This document shows positions 60,096 to 64,000 of a stretch of 64,000 bases of DNA, in pieces; positions within the stretch are counted from its first letter, which is position 1, and every line of letters starts with the position of its first letter. The stretch is from Rhodothermales bacterium (GTDB lineage Bacteria > Bacteroidota > Rhodothermia > Rhodothermales > Bin80), in assembly GCA_022822185.1 (NCBI GenBank), contig JAJECE010000060.1, forward strand, positions 64,025-128,024, read 5' to 3'. The notes below the pieces were generated by a model. That model saw nothing but the letters and a program-made list of their open reading frames with translations, was not told the origin of the DNA and ran no database searches. Both the position numbers and the translations under genes were made by a program.

Positions 60096-60527
60096 ATGCA
60101 CAAAAAAATTCTTATCCTGAACGGCCCGAACCTCAACCTTCTGGGGGAACGGGAACCTGGCCAATATGGCGAAATCTCCTTAGAGCAGCTGGAAGTTGAT
60201 TTACGTGGAGAGTTTCCAGACACGGAGCTGCTGTTTTATCAGAGTAATCACGAGGGAGATCTGGTGGATCGCCTGCATGAGGCGCACCGCTCCGGCATGG
60301 ACGGGATTGCCTTTAATCCCGGTGCCTACACCCACACATCGGTGGCGCTCAGAGATGCGGTCAAAGCGATTACCACTCCGGTGATTGAGGTTCATCTCAG
60401 CAACATTTATGCGCGTGAGGCCTTTCGGCACTTTTCTTATCTGGCCCCGGTATGTCGGGGGCAGATTTCCGGGCTGGGGATTACGGGATACAATCTGGCG
60501 GTGCGCTGGCTCTGCCTGAGCCCTTAA
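60096..60527 (+). CDS. aroQ: type II 3-dehydroquinate dehydratase
   Basis: KILILNGPNLNLLGEREPGQYG, FYQSNHEGDLVD, FNPGAYTHTSVALRDA and EVHLSNIYARE. Confidence 0.9.
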   Translation: MHKKILILNGPNLNLLGEREPGQYGEISLEQLEVDLRGEFPDTELLFYQSNHEGDLVDRLHEAHRSGMDGIAFNPGAYTHTSVALRDAVKAITTPVIEVHLSNIYAREAFRHFSYLAPVCRGQISGLGITGYNLAVRWLCLSP

Positions 60528-62158
60528 TCGTTTCGGCGGGCGGCAATGGGTTGTCGGCGGCCACTTCCGAAGGCATTCGGGCGCAGGCGCAGAACGGGCG
60601 CAGCCTGCTTCCGCTTGAATTCATTCCGGTTCACTCTGTGGAGGACCCACCGGATCAGGCTTTCGTCGCCGTACCCTAGAGCCCTGTTCGCTTCATCAAC
60701 ACTCATCTGCTGATCAATGCACAGTTTCAGGATCCGATCCAGGATACTGTACGGAGGGAGGGAGTCCAGGTCTTTCTGTCCCGGACGCAATTCCGCCGAG
60801 GGCGGTTTCCGCATGGTGGATGCGGGAATGATTCTTTTTGGCCGGTTCAATAATTTTGCCAACTCATAGACTTCTGTTTTATAGAGGTCTCCGAGAACTG
60901 CAAGGCCGCCGTTCATGTCACCGTAAAGGGTTGCATATCCCATTGCAAGTTCGCTTTTATTCCCGGTGGCAAGAACCATTCCCATATATTTATTGGCAAA
61001 CGCCATGAGCAGGGTTCCCCGTATACGCGCCTGAATATTATCTTCGGTGACATCGCGATGATAATTCTGAAAGGGTTTGCGCAAAGCATGATTGAAGGAG
61101 TTCATCAGCCGTTGAATCGGGATCGTGCGCATTCGGATTCCGAGGGTGGAGGCCAGTTTTTTTGCATCCACTTTTGAGCCTTCGGAGGAGAATCCCGACG
61201 GCATGGAAATCCCCACAACCTGTTCCGGTCCAAGTGCGCGCACTGCAAGTGCCGCGGTTACGGCGGAGTCAATGCCGCCGCTCAGTCCAATAATGACCTC
61301 ATTGTGAATCCGGGATTTATCCATGTAGTCCCGGATGCCCAGGGTCAGGGCTTCCCGCACCTGCTTCATGGGAGGGGTGGAGATAAAATTTGACCGTGGC
61401 AGTTTTTCCATATCCCAATGCAGGAGTGCTTCCTCAAATGCCGGAGCTTCACGGATTTTTCCGCCGATCATGATACAGCTTCGCCCGTCAAAGATCAGGT
61501 CGGTATTTGCGCCAACCAGATTTGTGAAGATATAGGGCCGTCCATACTTTTGATGTACGGTCTCCATGAGTTCATATCGCTCAAGGTGCTTGTCAATCGC
61601 AAAAGGGGAGGCGCACAGATTGATAAAGATATCGGGAGACTGTGCGGCCAGTGTGGCAACCGGGTCATCCGGATAAGGCTTTTGATGCAGATCCCGGACA
61701 TTCCACAGGTCTTCACAGATATGGACTCCCAGTTTCAGTCCGCGCCAGTGGAGGACTTCGGAGGACGATCCGGGCATAAAATATCGCCGCTCATCGAAAA
61801 CATCGTAGGTGGGCAGGAGTTGTTTATGCCAGACCCCTAGACACAGGCCATTCTCATACAGGTAGGCGGCATTATGGAGCGGTTTTCCATGCCCGGAGTG
61901 ATGGGCTAAGCCTCCGATTAGCATGCCCAGTCCTTTCGGGAGCCGCCGTGCCAGACGTTTACGCTGCTCCTGTTCACGGGCCACAAAGTCCGAGAATTCC
62001 AGGAGGTCCAGCGGGGGGTATCCCGGCAGAGTAAGTTCGGGGAAGACAACCAGATCCGCCTTATGGGCATATGCCTGCTCAGCGTAGTGCAACACTTTGT
62101 CGGAATTCCCTTCCAGATCTCCGACAATCGTGTTAATTTGTGCCAGTGCCAGTTTCAT
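60524..62158 (-). CDS. nadE: glutamine-dependent NAD+ synthetase
   Basis: N-terminal CN-hydrolase domain (MKLALAQIN..., FPEL, ICEDLW) plus a synthetase domain (IGLSGGIDSAV, the PP-loop SGGxDS). Start at the ATG at 62158. The stop overlaps the aroQ stop (TTAA). Confidence 0.9.
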   Translation of the reverse strand: MKLALAQINTIVGDLEGNSDKVLHYAEQAYAHKADLVVFPELTLPGYPPLDLLEFSDFVAREQEQRKRLARRLPKGLGMLIGGLAHHSGHGKPLHNAAYLYENGLCLGVWHKQLLPTYDVFDERRYFMPGSSSEVLHWRGLKLGVHICEDLWNVRDLHQKPYPDDPVATLAAQSPDIFINLCASPFAIDKHLERYELMETVHQKYGRPYIFTNLVGANTDLIFDGRSCIMIGGKIREAPAFEEALLHWDMEKLPRSNFISTPPMKQVREALTLGIRDYMDKSRIHNEVIIGLSGGIDSAVTAALAVRALGPEQVVGISMPSGFSSEGSKVDAKKLASTLGIRMRTIPIQRLMNSFNHALRKPFQNYHRDVTEDNIQARIRGTLLMAFANKYMGMVLATGNKSELAMGYATLYGDMNGGLAVLGDLYKTEVYELAKLLNRPKRIIPASTMRKPPSAELRPGQKDLDSLPPYSILDRILKLCIDQQMSVDEANRALGYGDESLIRWVLHRVNRNEFKRKQAAPVLRLRPNAFGSGRRQPIAARRND

Positions 62159-62705
62159 ACAGAATCCTTTCGTGCAAATTTTCCAGTGATACGATGAACG
62201 GCGATGCATTCTCCATTTGACGGGTCACTGGAGTAATAATTTCTCACGGGATCCCCATCCGTCTGTGTTCAACCTGCTGACGTTAGACTGACATGTGCAA
62301 ATCCGGCAATTTGCGAGAAGAATTTTTGTGCCGCCTGATGGATCAGATATGGTTAGATGGGCCCATGATCGTCTGGAATGGCGGGCTTTTCAAGATGACC
62401 GCCACGGCCGGAAATCGCCGTTGATCCGCCCGGTGTCACGGGGGGGGCTGAATCCCGTTTACCCCGGCAATTCGTCCTCACACAGGCGGAGAGGGGGATG
62501 TCTCTGGCAGGTGGCAAAAAGTGCACGCAGGATGTTCCGTCTTTCCGGTTCTGACTTCGACGGAGATTCCTGACGCAGGTTCTGCATTTTAGCGGGATTT
62601 TGATCCAAAGCGAAGACATTCAAAAATGGCCGGATGAAGAGATTGATGCGTCAGAAATTTTTCTTTGGGAACAAAAAATATCAAGCCCTGTTTGAATCCC
62701 CGCAC

Positions 62706-64000
62706 CTAGCAGCCCGTGGATAAAGTACCTTTTTGGAGACCAAGTCGTCGGAAGTGCGAATTTCGGCATAGATCCTCTTTTGGGCCCATTTGAGTGCGAA
62801 ATATTTCCACGAGCGCTCCAGAGGCCGCAAAATCGCTCAAAATGTGCAATCTTACCCCTTTTTTATCCAAAAAAAGACGAGAAGTAGCACTACTATGCCA
62901 CTACCAGCGCCAATTGGACGGAGCTATTCCCTTGAAGAACCCTTGGCTTCCCCACACCACAGTGGGTTCGCATTAAAAGACTCAGGTTAAATGCCGCCCC
63001 CTGGATCACCATCCGCTTCATAATTTCAAGGTTGTCCCGAACATAAACTCTTCGCATTCCCCCCGTCTCCAGAAGGTGCGCAAACGCACGCTCCACTTTC
63101 TCCCCCCGCTGCCGCTGTAATGACTTTCCACGCGTCCCACGAATCCGCCGACGGTTCGCATACGTCGGCTTCTGGGCCTCGTTATTCTTCTTCCAATTCC
63201 GACGCCCACGCTTGGGCTCACTCACATAACTGCGAAGCCCTCTCTCCTCCAGCGAAACCATGACATCATTCGAATGGTACCCCTTATCCGCAACCACCTC
63301 CTCCGCCACTAAGTCCACTGCTTCCAATTGCGCCTCCGCCGCATCTAACGTAACCGACAGCGAGGCGGTATCCCCGCCATCCATCGTTTGAACCGTCATC
63401 GCCACCAGTGCCCCCGTATCCATATCAACCGCGTTTTCCAACTTGTGCGCCAAATGTGTCCGACCATCTTTCATCTTCGTAATCCGAGCGTCCGGGGCAT
63501 CTGGATGCATCCAGACCTCATTCGAACCCTTCTTCTTGCGATTCTTGTCCAATTTCGCCAGATCCTCCCGAGTGGGGTTCTCAATCCCTGCCTCCGCCGC
63601 CAGTTTCTTCAAAAAATCATTATAGCTCATCCCATTCTCCCGAAGAACGATGGAGCGCATCGCTGCATTCGCCTCCAGCGTTGTGGAATCCACTCCTAAC
63701 GTCTTACCGCGTAACAAGCCCACCTCCTTCAACAACGCTAACACCCAACCAAACACCGCTTCATGCGCCGCTAAACTCAACCGCTTTCGCGTCTTGGACA
63801 ACGTACTGTGACACGGGGGAGACTCGGTTATCTCATACCCCAAAAAATTCCGCAGCGACAGCGAATCGCTACACCGCCACGCAATCTCACGCTCCGACTC
63901 CAGACCCTCTAAAAACCCCACCAGCAACATCCGAAAATACACCCCCGGAGGAATGCCTGGACGACCTTTACCGTCCGCATAAAATGGCTCGCAAAGTTCC
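62706..64000 (-). mobile_element. IS5/IS1182-type insertion sequence, partial (runs off the window)
   Basis: The transposase ORF sits at 62893 to the window end. The proposed terminus is the 21-mer CTAGCAGCCCGTGGATAAAGT at 62706-62726, 167 bp beyond the stop codon. Confidence 0.6.
62893..64000 (-). CDS. IS5/IS1182-family DDE transposase (5' end outside window)
   Basis: The frame is open to the window edge (...GRPGIPPGVYFRMLLVGFLEGLESEREIAWRCSDSLSLRNFLGY...). It has VADKGYHSN (a DDE residue region) and the C-terminal GMRRVYVRDNLEIMKRMVIQGAAFNLSLLMR. Confidence 0.8.
   Translation of the reverse strand, partial: ELCEPFYADGKGRPGIPPGVYFRMLLVGFLEGLESEREIAWRCSDSLSLRNFLGYEITESPPCHSTLSKTRKRLSLAAHEAVFGWVLALLKEVGLLRGKTLGVDSTTLEANAAMRSIVLRENGMSYNDFLKKLAAEAGIENPTREDLAKLDKNRKKKGSNEVWMHPDAPDARITKMKDGRTHLAHKLENAVDMDTGALVAMTVQTMDGGDTASLSVTLDAAEAQLEAVDLVAEEVVADKGYHSNDVMVSLEERGLRSYVSEPKRGRRNWKKNNEAQKPTYANRRRIRGTRGKSLQRQRGEKVERAFAHLLETGGMRRVYVRDNLEIMKRMVIQGAAFNLSLLMRTHCGVGKPRVLQGNSSVQLALVVA

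Noticed and set aside
62440-62730. GGGGGGGGCTGAATCCCG resembles a tmRNA 5' end, and TTTGAATCCCCGCACC further on looks superficially like a T-arm.
   Set aside because: The putative T-stem halves are not complementary. There is no tRNA-Ala-like acceptor pairing, no CCA-proximal stem and no tag reading frame.

Overview
This is a 64-kb chromosomal segment. It most likely comes from an FCB-group bacterium (Bacteroidota, Rhodothermota or Balneolota-like). That placement is an inference from gene content: a CarboxypepD_reg-type TonB receptor, a BatA-like protein, and sdhCAB with a single cytochrome b. All homology calls come from motif recognition by eye; no database search was run.

Core genes: the replication-origin-linked cluster rpmH-rnpA-yidC-mnmE-mnmG-rsmG; two perfect parS palindromes bracketing mfd; murQ and recF; a MaoC dehydratase; a tight three-gene operon (membrane protein, DUF3047, MMPL); a TPR protein; two GT4 glycosyltransferases; uvrA; a BatA-like protein; hflX; gyrB; a GT2 glycosyltransferase; an aminotransferase; an SDR oxidoreductase; a TRAP transporter; a TonB-dependent receptor; a CaCA antiporter; sdhCAB; citrate synthase; RNase E/G; aroQ; and nadE.

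Accessory content sits in five places:
1. An A+T-rich island (1-7041) abuts tRNA-Val and tRNA-Gly. It holds an intact McrBC whose McrB has a very long N-terminal extension, a decayed GmrSD-type gene, a MITE-like repeat and a frameshifted Tn5-like transposase.
2. An islet (37072-39400) encodes a protein made of six tandem helix-turn-helix (HTH) modules.
3. IS21 and IS630 remnants lie at 44550-45930.
4. A roughly 1.3-kb A+T-rich insertion is flanked by about 190-bp direct repeats of the antiporter gene 3' end. It carries a DUF4065/Panacea (PanA) antitoxin-like gene. Downstream is a candidate membrane toxin split at an A6 homopolymer.
5. A partial IS5/IS1182-type element lies at the right edge. 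Its 21-bp end sequence recurs at two other loci.

No CRISPR array and no rRNA gene were seen.
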